Translations under genes and position numbers: made by a program
Notes under the pieces: model-generated
Database searches by the model: none
What the model saw: the letters and a program-made list of their open reading frames with translations, nothing else
What the model was told of the DNA's origin: nothing
DNA from: Klebsormidium nitens
Lineage: Eukaryota; Plantae; Klebsormidiophyceae
Direction of reading: 5' to 3'
Length of the DNA: 64,000 nucleotides
NCBI GenBank assembly: GCA_000708835.1
Contig: DF237336.1
Coordinates: 25,454 to 89,453, forward strand
Part shown: positions 1 to 13,400 of the stretch, piece after piece
How the letters are laid out: every line of letters begins with the position of its first letter
Position numbering within the stretch: the first letter of the stretch is position 1

Positions 1-632
1 GTGCTAACCAACTGTCTAAGCTAGCTAGCTAGTGGGATCCCCGACTCGGACTGACTTGCAGATGCAATAGATCATAGTCGTGCTCAATTCGCTCCGTTCG
101 GCGTGATCCTCATTCACAGTCGATACCAATAATCACGTCCGGATTGCGCCCTGCCGGTCAGAACGTAGCACTGGCCGCTTCAATTTGCCCACCATTTTCT
201 ACCCAACTCGCGGCTGATAAGTAGCACGATTGTGCATAAGCTGCCCAACGATCAGCTCTTGGCGACCGACGAGCAGAGGCTGGACAAATGACCGGACTTA
301 TGTACCGGTCTCAATCGCATAACTGCGTCATCTGCAGCTTGACATGTTCCAAGATGCCCGATGGCCCCCACTGGACAAAGGCACCAGCATACGCGCTGGT
401 GCAGCCGCCCCTGCATCTGCTGGATGTCACCGGCGACCACACGGGGCCCGTGCATCGGCCAGGGGTCTTCGCGCCTCCACTCTGCGAACGCGCTCGCAGC
501 GGGCCCGAAGGTGGGCGTTTGCCACTGCGGATTCCTGCTCTTGACTGCCCAACCCTTCGGTACCGTGCCGGGAAGAGTGGCATGGCGGGTTGCGGAGAAT
601 GGGTCACGCCAGCCGCGCGTCCAGGGGCCGCG

Positions 633-3499
633 CTATCGCTCAGCAGCGGTCACGAGCACCACGTTATCCCCGCGGACAAACACCTGCATTGAAACCAATC
701 GAACATGATCGAGCCACGTGACCGACTTTGGCTTGTCGAGATGTCGACAGACCACAATAGCCTACATCACGATAGTTCATGTGACTGATCAGAAAACCAA
801 GATGTTCAGGTGGTAGGTGCGTGCGTTCTGGGACGAGCCAACCTGCTCAAATCTTGCCGGGACGAGAACTCGTCCCAATACTAGTACGGGCTGGAGCGAA
901 CGAAACGCTCCACTCTATGACGGCCATCTCTGCGCCTCAACCAGGACACAAGCAATTTGCAGTTAATGGGCGCAAGTATATCCAGGCCCAAGCTTCAGGC
1001 TCGCACTGCCATGCCGCAGGTTATTATTAACGAGCGGGCATTTTCTAGGGGCATTATTTTCTCTTTCCAGCCCCCTTCCTGTTCTCGAAGACCATCTGCT
1101 CCGCGTCCTTGCCACGCACTAGCTGCCCCCCGCCGTTCTCCTCAGAATTTACATGCCGCGTCCTGCACCCTCCTGCTCCCCTGCTCCCCTCTCTCCCCGC
1201 CTCACCTGGTTGAGGTGCCGCTTCCTGTGCTCCAGCTTGGGGAACAGCCGCTCCTCCTGCACGCGCGCCCCGCCGCCCGCTGCGCCGCTGCCGCGGCCCG
1301 CCCCGGCCTTCACCCACACCGTGCGCGGGGCCTCCGTCAACACTGCGCGCAGGCAGGAGGGCGGTCATTGGAGAAGCCAGCCACAAAGTGCACGGCTCCT
1401 CGCGGAGCCGAGACAAATGCAAGTAGCTCTGCCGGCAGTGACGTGCAGAGGCCGTTCGGTCGAGAGCACCCGGTTGTTGGGCGGGAGAGGGTAGGGCAGT
1501 CAGCCGCGTACCTGAGTAGCTCTCCTCGACGTCCTGCAGCACCTGCACACGCGGCCCGGACCAAATGTCAAGAGCCAAGCAGATTAAGGAGCGGAAGACG
1601 CCCGAAGTCTCCTGAAGCATGTCGAGCGACTAGAGAGTATCCTGGGGGGGAACTGCAATACCCTTTGTACAAACAAAGCAGGCAAACCGCCCAGAAAAGG
1701 CCACACCAGGAGTTTGAGTGCAGCAAGCCCGGGGGCGTATTTGGGGGCGGGGGACCGACGCACCAGGTTGCAGAACTTGTCGAAGGCCTTGAGGAAGCCA
1801 GTGGCGGTGCCGCGCAGGCCGCGCCGGTGCCGCGTGTACACCTGCACCGGCCGCCGCTGCGCGTAGCACCGCTGCAGCAAAGCCAGGGGGCCCTCGCCGC
1901 ACGAGGCTGGCAGGAGGCAGGGGGGACCGGCGATCAGCGGGTGATTCAGAGAACTCCGATTCAGGGACTAACATCGCCTGCTCAGGCAGCAATCCCCTCG
2001 TTCGTTTCCGNNNNNNNNNNNNNNNNNNNNNNNNNNNNNNNNNNNNNNNNNNNNNNNNNNNNNNNNNNNNNNNNNNNNNNNNNNNNNNNNNNNNNNNNNN
2101 NNNNNNNNNNNNNNNNNNNNNNNNNNNNNNNNNNNNNNNNNNNNNNNNNNNNNNNNNNNNNNNNNNNNNNNNNNNNNNNNNNNNNNNNNNNNNNNNNNNN
2201 NNNNNNNNNNNNNNNNNNNNNNNNNNNNNNNNNNNNNNNNNNNNNNNNNNNNNNNNNNNNNNNNNNNNNNNNNNNNNNNNNNNNNNNNNNNNNNNNNNNN
2301 NNNNNNNNNNNNNNNNNNNNNNNNNNNNNNNNNNNNNNNNNNNNNNNNNNNNNNNNNNNNNNNNNNNNNNNNNNNNNNNNNNNNNNNNNNNNNNNNNNNN
2401 NNNNNNNNNNNNNNNNNNNNNNNNNNNNNNNNNNNNNNNNNNNNNNNNNNNNNNNNNNNNNNNNNNNNNNNNNNNNNNNNNNNNNNNNNNNNNNNNNNNN
2501 NNNNNNNNNNNNNNNNNNNNNNNNNNNNNNNNNNNNNNNNNNNNNNNNNNNNNNNNNNNNNNNNNNNNNNNNNNNNNNNNGGAAGGGCAGCAGCCCAGTG
2601 ACCGTCAAATGCATCAGGGCAGAATGAGTCGACAACAGCCATCATCCCGAAGTTTAAAGTTTGGAGGGGATCCTGCGCCGTCCAAAAGCACAGCCATTTC
2701 TGGGTTGCCCGAATCGGCTTCAGTGGCTCACCTGCAATCTTGTCCAGGATCTTTTCCTTGCCGCGCTCCTTCTCTGCTGCTGCCGCCAGCCGAACACTCT
2801 TGTGCGCCTGCCACCAATGTACGAGCAGCTTGATAAACAGGTCTCGGGGCGGGAAGTGACCGACCTCAAAGTAACCAAATATGCCTCAAAGGATCCCATC
2901 AGAACATGCACTGGACGAGTGCCACGTGGCAGCCCGTAAAGAGAAATAACTGCGGTGTTGAGCAAGGATGCACCTTTCTGGGCTGGCTCTCTCCCACCAA
3001 CGCAGCACCGAGCGGCCAGGTCGCCTTCCAGAGAGGAGGCTGGTCGGTGGCTCACCTTGGCCCGTTGCTGCGCCGCAATGGATTCCTGAGAGCGGGGCAC
3101 CCGGGGCGCCACATTGGCCAGAGACTCAGGAACAACCTGCAGCATGGACGCAGCGAGCGCAAGCTGAGCCACATGTAACAAAAAGTGATCCATTTACATT
3201 AGAAGCCAGCCTGGCATTCAGAGAGCATGTAGGCGGACTCAAAGGCGTTGTCCAGAGTAGGCTGCACCTCTCAGAGCTCTGGTGAACAGACCGAACTTCC
3301 TCGCCGGCCAACTCAGATGAGGCGCGTGCTCTTTAACTCTGGACTGTTCCAGATGGAGGGGCCCGCTGCCTACAGTCGTTCAGTAGCTTACCTCGGGGAT
3401 GATCCTGCGGCACTTGTTGAGGTTGTCCAGCGGCTGCACGCGCGGCGCGGGCGGCTGCAGGCCCACCGTGTACAGCGCACACAGCGGGTCAAACAGCTC
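633..3499 (-). CDS. LSM11: U7 snRNP-specific Sm-like protein LSm11 (spliced; 5' end not resolved, part may lie in gap 2011-2580)
   Basis: Exons with GT-AG borders at 3392-3499 (ELFDPLCALY..PLDNLNKCRR), probably about 3054-3141, then 1764-1906 (GPLALLQRCYAQRRPVQVYTRHRRGLRGTATGFLKAFDKFCNL), 1512-1542 (VLQDVEESYS), 1206-1342 (..RHLNQ) and 633-683 (VFVRGDNVVLVTAAER*). The Sm1 and Sm2 motifs are split by an insert, and the N-terminal FDPxxALY motif is present; both are typical of Lsm11. Confidence 0.9.
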
Positions 3500-4860
3500 C
3501 TGCCACACCAGGCCACGCACCGGTCAGCATAATGTGGCCGTCATGGGGCAGTTTATCCTACTGTAGTCGATAGGCCACTTCCTCTGGTACAGTACCCAAA
3601 ACACATTTCCCCTGTTTGCCTCAGGAAGGCACCTCAAGAAGCGCCTTGAGGCTGTTCAATGCTGGTAGCGATCACTTGCTGCCGGGGCCTGTGTTCATTG
3701 TAAGGTCCCTACTTCCTTTTGAAGATTGCAATACCTTCCAAATGCAACCAATGCCGATTCCTGAGTTGACGTTCACTGGATGAAGGTTCAGATCGCTCAA
3801 GCGAGCCCGAATGGGCTTTGGCAGCTGGGGAGTCTTCTGACCCTGTTCATAATGGGAAATCACGTCACATCATAAGTGCAATTATGAACCACCAATCCTG
3901 CCAGCAACTTTCATCCAGGCAGGCTGCTTATAACCAAGAGTGGTTAGGGGGCATGGGGCAAGGAAAACTCACCGAGAAGAAGTCAAGCGCAGGATCCACT
4001 TCCGCAGCTCTGCCGCCTGAACCATCAATCCCCTCTCTTCTCCGCTCTCCTTCCATGCTTGTAATGCATAAATCTGAGAGCTAAATCAGACTAACTAGTG
4101 AGCCAAACTGGAGAAAGGACTGTCCCAAAGACCGCCCCTGAGTCATTGCAGCATTCTATGTCGTCTGGAGCGCAAGATGATTAGCAATGCCGTAAGGCTG
4201 GAAGCTGCACATAGGCAATCAGCTGACCTGAAGAAGTTGCTGGAGACAGCTCAGGCAAACAAACATTGGCTGGCTGGTGCACCGTGCACAAACGCCCACG
4301 TGATTCCTCAGTTGCAGGTGCGGTCGTACACTGATACTCTGACCTGGTTAAGACGAATCTAGAGGCCCCTGCGGCTGTCAAAAAGATACAGAGGCCGCAT
4401 TGTTTTGACCGGCCCCCCTTCAAAGCATTCTTTTGTCAGAGAGCGACAAGACATTGTTGTAGCAACCACTTGGAAAGCGGGAAAAAGTATTCTTGTGAAG
4501 AACCCTTCACTCCTCACACTTCCTTGGTTCTAACCGTCCTCCTCAAATAGGTACGCTATTGGCGGCCACCTGCGCGACCAGCTTGACAATGGGCTATATG
4601 AAGATTGCATGCAAAACATATAGATCTACATGTGAACGAGCCCATTGGGGCGCACCTTGAGCGTCTAACCGTTCGATGGCCCACCTTTAATACCGATCGA
4701 ACGATTCGTGTTTGCAGGCAGAGCTCTGAGTGGCGCATGACTTCAAGGGGATCCCTTCAATCTGCAACCGTCAAATACGACCTACTTACCTAGCACGTTC
4801 AGCAGCTAGCTGCAATTCCACGGTGCTCTTTGATAATTGTAGGGGCTGCTCTCACTATCT

Positions 4861-4940
4861 CTAGAGAGCGCCGACGCCAGGCTTGAAATTCTCCATGGCG
4901 ACGTCAAGCCGTCGGAGGATTTTAACGAGTCTCTGTAGAC
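4861..4940 (-). pseudogene. Possible remnant of a family III CoA-transferase (CaiB/BaiF) exon
   Basis: RLVKILRRLDVAMENFKPGV resembles the conserved DVxxENFxPG motif. No other exons were recognised and a stop follows directly. Confidence 0.2.
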
Positions 4941-6023
4941 TTTTTACAAACACTCGGTCACCCGCACCTCTCATGCATGTGCAGTCTGACATCGTAAGCT
5001 GCTCTGACGTCTGGCTTGTGCCCAAATCAATCATGTCTGCCACATGTTGTAGCGGCGTTGCTCCTTGACCACAAACTTTTTTTCCGTTTCGACAAGCCTG
5101 TAGGCGCACGCGCACTACTCGACCTGCAATTAGTCCATGCATGGCTCAATGGATGTAGAACGGGTGTATATAGAACGCCCGCAGTGTAAAATGGCCTTAT
5201 AGTACTACTTCCCGCAGCCAGCTCATGACATATAGTATATCATTTGTAGTATTCTACGTGTTGAACAACAAAGTCGGTAAGGAACCTGACTCCGAAAGCC
5301 GGCTTGCACATGCCACCTGGCTGCAGTGCAGGAGCGCCGGATCTGTGCTTTGATGCTTCAGTAGGTCTCCCGGCCATGCCACTTGTCCGGGTGGCGCCCC
5401 TGCCCCGCCGACGGGGACCTGCAGCCCCTCACGCGGCAGGACTCAGTCTCAGACGAGCTCGAGGCGTACCGTACGCGCGGACGGGGGCTTTGCTATTCAA
5501 TGATTTGTTGATTGGGGCTCAGCGGGGCCCATTGCCAGTTCGTATCAGCGGCTGGGCCCCAAAATCGCAAGACTTGGACAAACGCACATGCAAGATATGT
5601 AATCGGTGGTACCTGGCACCCGCATCTAATTTTGCCGCAGGCCCGGGCGCAATCAACTTGGACCATGCCAATTCATATGGCGTCCACAGATCTGTACAAT
5701 AAAGCTGCAGCAATGCTAGCAGGCCCGGCCGCAATTCGCACAATCTATACAAGACCGCTCGCAATATCTAATACTAGAGTCAAGCACAATGTACGGTGTA
5801 CCATAACGGCTGCCTAGAAATCTCATCTCAGTGTCCGACTGTAATGTAACTAGGCTACGCGCACAGTAGACCCAAGCACAGATTGTCGAATGCCAAAGCT
5901 CCCCTGAGTCTGCTTCATTGGGAATCTCGAAGTGGCCCGGCTGCATATTCTGTACTTTTTGACTAACCCAGCCAACTTCGACATTGAAACGGACCCGTGG
6001 TGCATGTGAATCCGCCTAGAGCT

Positions 6024-9000
6024 TCAAAACGCCCAGGTGCTCCTCAGCATGAACGCAGGCCCCGTCACCCGCTGCCCTTCTTTGATCATCACTGCTCCCG
6101 GTGTCAGCGTGAAGCCCTTGCCGGTGGTCAGATTCAAGAACGCCTCCATTTGCGTCTGCGACCCCTTGGGTTCCGCCTTCCCCACCCTGAGGTCGGCTGG
6201 CCGCACCCACGGTTCCGGCTGCGTGGACCCCACTGACAGCCCCCAGCCCACCCCGGGGGAGTCCGGCACGCCCGACAGCGTCACCCCCCACTGCACGCCA
6301 CGCTGAGGCCCCCGGCCCGAGGAGGTCTGGTCCATGTGGGCCCACCCCGAGAAGGTGGCCAGCTCGCCCGCCGCCACAGCCCCGGCAAAGCCGTACGACC
6401 GCAGCGAGTGGCCGTGCAGTCGAGGCAGCCCCACACCTGCAAAGTGGACAAACGCGTTCAGAGCCAACTTCTGGATTGGTGTAAATCAAGGCAGAAGTGC
6501 AACCACAAGTCAGGACCGGATAGGCCACCAGAAACCGAAGCTTTGTCCCTGCGACACTGCACGAAAGGAAACAACGGCAAGTCGTCCCCCCAGCCCGCAT
6601 TGCGACGGCTATCCAAACAAACTCTCAGACCGCTGGCTGGTCTTGTGTTGCGGGTGGCATCCTCACCGGCCCAGGTGTCCCCCGTGCCGTTCATGCTGGA
6701 GGACGACGACTCGTAGCTGTCGCGCATCGACTCGCCGTTGGTAGCAGGAGCCGGGGATGACGCGCGGATGCGCGGCACCAGGAGAGGGCCCAGCTCGCTC
6801 CAATGCAGGCCTGCACAGGGAAGGGAAGGCGCTGCTGAGGATGTGCTGAGGATTGGATTGCCGATGTCGACCTTGCCTCGAGTCGACGAATAAAACTGGA
6901 CGACGAACCTGACTCGCCGACCGCAACGGGCCAAGTCGACCCTCCAAACCTACAAGCTCATATTAGCAACGGTCTTTCCGGTCAGATTGTCCTAGATAAT
7001 CCATCGTATCCTTTTCCCCTCACCTGTCCCAGACGGCAGGCTGGGCGCCGGCCAGTGCCGGTTGAGTGCCACCACAGCGAGCGCGCACTCTGGCGCGGGC
7101 CGAAGCGTGACCTGCCCCAGCGTTGCGTGGCACAGCGGCTCCTCCGCGCTGCTGCCGGGGCCCCACCCGCTCACGAAGTGCCCCACCGTAAGCCAGCTCC
7201 AGTCGTTGGTCCGTGCCGTGGCCGCCACCGCCGCCCCCATGCACCGACGGTGCAGCGCGCTCCCCGCTGACGTCAGCGCCGTCAGGCCCTGCCCCTCCAG
7301 CGGGTTGAGCGCCTCCGCCATGTCAGCGCCCTGCGCGCCCGTGGCCGCCACGCGCAGGCACAGCCAATCCGTCAGCTGCGTCCGGTACATGACTTTCTTC
7401 ACCGCCAGCACGCTCCCCCCCGCCGCGCCGGCCCCGTGCGAGTCCCCCGCCGCAAGCTGCGTCATGAGCAGGTCTGTGGTGCGGAACGGCGTCTCCAGGT
7501 TGATGCGCACGTCGGTGCCGGTGCGCAGCGCAGCGTGGTCGAGGCTGCGCTTGGTGGGGCGGCTCTGGTCCTCGTCCAGCGCCAGCAGGCCCACCCCAAT
7601 GCTGACCTCGCCGCTGACCTTGGTCTTGCCGGACAGGTGGGACGCGAATGCGGGGAGGGCGGCCTTGCCGCGAGTGTGGCGCAGGCCCGTGTGGAACTCG
7701 AGCTTGCTCAAGCGGTCCCGCATCTCCAGAAGCTGCGCAAATGTCTCCCGCTGCAAGGAGGAGGATACTCTGCTGTTAGACAAGCCAACTGCATGCGCGC
7801 AGTGGTTTGCAAAGTTGCAAGATTACGTGGTAAAGTCTTATAATCTAAGTGAATTGCAAAAAGCCCCATACTCCTGAAGTACAGCTTCACCTGAGAACCT
7901 ACATATCTGACGATTGCCATGCGCTTGTAACAATTGTAACGCGAAAACAAATAGGGTGTCTTGGTGTCTTACGAAAATGGTACAGGAAGGTGTGTAATCC
8001 CTTACTTGCAATCGCCGCAGCGCATTGATATCTCCTCGCATGGCCAGGGAGTCGTCACCCTGTTGTGTTGTTAGCAGCTCAATCACTCTCTGTGCAGTGC
8101 TCTGCGCATCAAGCAGTTCTAGATCTGGTGCAGGCTGGGCCCCTGTTCGCCGTCCAAGCAAAGCTCCAAAGACCCCTGCGCAAACCGACACGTTGAGATT
8201 GTTATGACGCTGGTCCTTTGGTCCTCAACGAACTTGAGAATTGTGCAAAACGATGACCGCTTCACCTGCATTTGATCTGCACCGGTCACCGCAGTCGCCC
8301 CTCCTGGAAAGCATTGCTGAAATGCACGGTAAAGCAAATGGATTGAGAGTACTTTGTGCTTAGACATGCACGGCAGAAGTAGGGCCGCAGCCGCTCACCT
8401 GAGACCCAATTCTCCACAGCATGGGCAGGTGAGGAGCCTCTCCGCTCCAGCGGTTCCTCCTCCACCAGCGGCTCGTCTTTGGGGGCATCTGACACCAGCT
8501 TCAAAGTTCGTTTCTCCGGCGCAGGAGATGCTGAGGCAGGGGGAACAACTCTCACATCTACATTCTCCACAAAGCCCGCCGGAAAGTCGGACCCTTCAGT
8601 CCCCTCGCTCACAATATCTACATCATCCGCCCCATCTTCTCCGATTGCTTCCTCTGCCTCAGCATCTTTTCTCGCTGAAACTTCCACGAAGTTGGGTGGT
8701 AAGTCAGAGTATACTCTCTTTGGTCTCAACTTTGATTGTCTCGGCACCGCTGCCTCGCTCTCTCCCTCTATTTCCTTCTCTTTCCCTGTGCTCTTTTCTT
8801 CTACGTCAAAGTCTCCGTCAATGTCCTCTTCCCCCTCTTCCCCCTCGTCCTCATCACCGTCCTTCCCTTTTGGCTCGTATCCCCTGCCATGAACCCCGCC
8901 AATGTGTGCGAACGCAGGCTGCATTTTGGCCCAGCTCCCCACCCCCTCCTCCTCCTCTTCCTCCTCGTCTTCTTCCTGCTCCGCCACGCCCCCTTGTCCC

Positions 9001-9632
9001 TTGCCTGCCTCCCCGTTGTCCCCCGAGCTATCGTCCCTCCACCTCCATACAGGGCCACCCCATCCATCCCCTCCTGACGGTCCTCCTCCCCCACCCAATG
9101 CCTCCAGTTTCTCTTTCAGCGCCAGCACAGTTGCATTCAAGATTGCAGTGAGTGAGACAGTGCGCAGCAATTGCTGCCGAGACCCCGCCTGGGGGGCCAG
9201 GCAGGGCCACCACCGCTTGCCATGGGTGTGGCCAGTGTGTCTGCCAAACATGCTGCACTGAATAAGCAAGGCCAGTGCTTGGTGCTCAGCAGATCTGCCA
9301 CAGCCTCCATTCTTAGCCCCTGCCCGCGCCCGGCATCTTTGAAATTGGTCACTTTCACCGACATTCTGAACCAGAGTCACAAAAGTCCTTGCGAAACCAG
9401 GTCTGCCTTCTGATTTTGACTCTGGCTGATTGGTAGATTTGCTTCCGGCGGGACTGCTCAGCTTCCATGCTTGTCCTCCATGCAGAACAAGTGCAGGGCT
9501 ACAGCACCTGTATGAACGGCCATTGCAAGAACTTTCGCTGGTCCCAATTTGAGTGCCAGAAGCAGGCGCATGTTGGCTCTTAGTCAATGCCGCAGCTGGC
9601 TGCTGCAAGGTCAGAGTATGAGCAGTCTCCAT
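6024..9632 (-). CDS. Conserved plant protein of unknown function: acidic N-terminal region, coiled coil, and predicted beta-barrel resembling cyanobacterial OprB/SomA-type porins (5' end uncertain)
   Basis: Spliced exons within ORFs 8286-9632, 7838-8191, 6992-7783, 6458-6934 and 6024-6467. Motifs: LRRLQ|RETFAQLLEMRDRLSKLE, KTKVSGEV, RINLETPFRTTDLLMTQLAAG, VKKVMYR, EAFLNLTTGKGFTLTPG and C-terminal LRSTWAF*. Confidence 0.75.
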
Positions 9633-10415
9633 CTAGAAGAGTCCCCTTTCCAGAAGGTGTGCAGGATCCTGCCCTCACTGATTTCCGCAAGTGCTTCAGG
9701 GTGCGATGGTTTTAACTGAATGAGCACGAAGCTTGCAACCAAAGGTAGTGGGATGTGACGCCTCGAGCACATCCATCCATCTGCAGAAAGCTTCCAAACT
9801 CAGAGTGCATTGCAGCCACGAAAGAAGTAACCTTCCACTCCTTCTCTGTCGCTCTCCCCGCCTAGTCTGCCAGCGCTCTTGCTGAGAACAACATTTGATT
9901 CTTGCAAGGAAACCTGTTCAAAGTACTGAAGACTTAAAGTGAGCTGAGCAATGCGAGGCCCAGCCTGCTGCACTGCATGCATCGTGATCTAGAGCGAGAT
10001 CACCACATGACTGACGCTTTACTCCTACTGCGAAGAACCAGCCGCATCGAACGGTTCTAAACGGGTTGCGGGGGCACTGGCAGTGGCTGCAAATGTGGTC
10101 GTCCATGTTGTGGGATCCCTGGCTCGAACAGACACTGATAGCCGTCGATGTTGAAGGGTACTAATCGGATGTTTGTAGCATCGCCCAGGGCCCAGCTGAA
10201 TGGGCTTCCGACAAGTACCGTCGGTTCACTGCCTTCACTGAACAGCAATTTGCTGCATTCATGCATAATCTGTGTCCTTGCATTGCCATTACTGGCATTA
10301 GCATCGGAGTTTGGAGCTTGATTAGACTTACGCTCTTGGACATCCTGACAGTGGCAGTGCAAAGCGCTTTTCTCTTGATCTTCCTCGTTAAAAAGTTGAA
10401 GGGAAGGCGCCAAAT

Positions 10416-13400
10416 ATGGCCAATGGATCCGCCTGCCGCTCTCTTTCTGCTGTCGGATCCTTCATTGGCCAAACTGAAAGCTACACTTGCCAAGCAAACA
10501 GGCGCTCGTCGCTCGCATTCGCATTCCACTCGAAGAATCTCCAAGCAGTCTCCAGTGGAAGGTATTCGGAAGCCAATGCAGCCACTCTGCTGCCATCTTT
10601 GAACTCGTCTTTCAACGGCATCAGCAGCATTGCTCTGCACGCCACCCAGCGGCCGTGCACACCTGCTTCTCAGGCCAGACAAAGAGGTGGCGCCGTCACT
10701 GCCAGTGCTTCCAGGAAGGTACTGCTTGTCAACACACACGCGGGAGGCCATGCGGTGATTGGCTTCTGGCTGGCCAAGCAACTGCAGGAGGACGGCCATA
10801 AAGTGACGTTCTTCATTGCAGGTGAACAGAGGAATCCTACTGCAATTTGTGGAGCAATGTAGAGGTCCCGCAACCTAAGTCAATTCCAGCGCTTGCCAAC
10901 TGCTCCGCACGACAGAAGATGTCCACTCACCCAGTCGGTGCTCTACTTTTTTGGATCATGGAAAAACTAGGGTCTATCCTGGCGCCAAGCTGCCAACTCC
11001 ATGCCATGCTTGTTTTCATGCAGGAGATGAGTCATCCGACAAGAACAAGAAGGAACCCTTCACCAAGCTGGAGGCAAGTTCCTCCATGACCACTGAATAC
11101 TTGTCAATGTATGAGTTGCGACTCAACCATGTCTGCTTGGCAAGTGGTGGACCTTGAGAGGCGGAATGTGGCCTCATACGATATAGCAAGATCCAGGCGC
11201 GCTAGAGACTAAGTATATAGCAAGACAAACAAGTCACAACTCTCTTACCCTTGTTGTCCAAGGCCTAACATTGCTCTTCAATATTAACATTTCTGCAACG
11301 ACAATCTGGTTGACAAAGGCACATCCTGATAATGGACACTCAAGACCGCTGCTGTTATCTCTGCAGGAGTTGCGCTCAGCTGGCGTGAAAGTAGTGTGGG
11401 GCTCTCCTGCTAAAGTTGGCGGCGCTGTTGAGGGTAGCTTTGACACAGTCATCGACAACAATGGCAAGGACCTGGAGTCTGTCCAGTAAGTATGCTCTGG
11501 ATGATGCGGGACCGCTGTGATCAAAGATTCTCGCCACTTTTGTAGATCATGATGTTTTCCTATTTGAGGCTTCGCACAACCTGTTACCTTGTAATGGGTG
11601 TATACTTGTGTCAGCCAATGCTCAGGGTTGTGAACTGCTTGCCGGGAGCAACCCGCCTCAGACGTGGCGCTTGCTGTGCAGGCCTGTGGCGGAGTGGGCT
11701 CTGAGCAACGGCGCGTCGCAGTTCCTGTTTGTGAGCAGCGCAGGAATCTACAAGAACACCGAGGAGCCTCCTCATGTTGAGGGGGTAAGACTCTTTCTTG
11801 TCTCGATTTACTTTCAAGCTGGCCCTTAGAGGCCACAATGTCATCGTTCATGGCCAATTCCTGCCAAAACCAGTTGTGGGTTGAGTTGCTTCCCTCACTT
11901 TCGCAGCCACGTGATTTGAAACTTTGATGGAAGTACACGAGTCACAATCTCACTTTGAGTATTGCGTCCCAAGTCTTCACCGAACCTCGCACAAAAAACG
12001 GGATTGATAGAAGGAGCATGTCAGGGAGTCAAAAGCCAAGCCCAGCAGTCTCAGCCTTCCGAACAAACTCCTGCACAGACTCCCAAAATACTTGGCAGTT
12101 GGCTTGTGAGTTTGTCCATTCTAGATACCCATTGTCCATAGCAGATCCTCGACTCCCACCTTGTTTCGAGTCCACACTGTTGGGGTGCCCTTTGTGACAT
12201 GCGGCTGCGCGGTGGCCGTGCGTGCAGGACCCGGTGAAGGCGGACGCGGGCCACGTGCAGGTGGAGAAGTACCTGAACGAGGCCGGCTTCTCAAGCGGGG
12301 CCGCCTTCTTCCGGCCGCAGTACATCACTGGCAAGTACAACAACAAGGACTGCGAGGAGTGGTTCTTCGACAGTGAGTGCGCCCACACCCACCCTGTATC
12401 AAGTCCTGACATAAGCCGGCAGTCAGAAATTGTGGAAGCTTTCTAAGGCGCAGCCATAATGCAAGAAGACTGTGAACAGGACCAGACGAGGACATTCCAA
12501 ACGTGCCATGGAAGCGTGTTGCGTCCTTGACGACTGAGGTCTCTGCTGACGATCTGCTGCCTTCAATGCTCTTCGAGTTGGCCTGCTGATCTGGCTCGAC
12601 CAGTTTAAGGAAGGATTTCGAGGACGACCTCATGCATCTCATCAGTGCCCAGTGAGTATCTAATAGATGGGTTGGCCTAAGGCTGCCACAAGCCATTTGG
12701 AGGGGCTGATGCTGTTGATCCAACTCGTTTGGACCTCGTGCCTCAATCAAGACTCGATATAGCCGCAGGCGAGGCGTGGCATCAACTCCCTTGTGAATCT
12801 CCACTGTGCGATACTGCAATTTCTGCCGCTAGTTTATCACCAGCTCGAAGCTGTTGGTACCATTCACTGTTCGGACCATTCACCAGCTCGAAGCTGCAGA
12901 GGCACGTGCTAATAGTCGGGAATGGAACTGCATTCAGCGTCTCTCAGCGCGCGCACGCCGGTTGCTTGGTGCAGGGATTGCGCGTGACCGCGCTGTGCCT
13001 ATCCCTGGGTCGGGGATGCAGATCACCAACATCACCCCGGTCACGGACCTGGCGGCCATTCTGGCGGCGGCGGTGAACCAGCCGGAGAAGGCGGCGGGGC
13101 AGGTGTTCAACCTGGTTGGGGACAGGGGGGTCACCTTCGACGGGTGAGGCCACTCGCAGGCTGGGGCTGGAAACAAGGCAGAGCGGATTGGTGCTAACGC
13201 ACAACTTCGTGTAAAAGCTTCTTCCTGGAGTCCTGGTTACCTGGATTCTCGAGTCTGACCCCGGGGGCCCGCATCAAAAAGGGGTCTCTAAGAAGCATTT
13301 ACCGACGAGCGTGGTCAGCTTCGCACGTCACGGTGTAACCCTCCAACGCCTATTCTCTTCGCAGTTTTTGGACTTACGCCCGCATTCAAAAGCAATGAAC

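Noticed and set aside
957-2627. 556-aa plus-strand ORF and other ORFs crossing N runs (1968-2645, 23771-24583, 24120-24692, 58887-59411)
   Set aside because: Their length comes from untranslated gap bases or from antisense overlap with LSM11 exons.
7062-9151. Plus-strand ORFs 7062-7877 and 8354-9151 (and similar antisense ORFs over S40, NSUN2 and the helicase exons)
   Set aside because: These are shadow ORFs on the antisense strand of GC-rich coding exons, with low-complexity Ser/Pro-rich translations.
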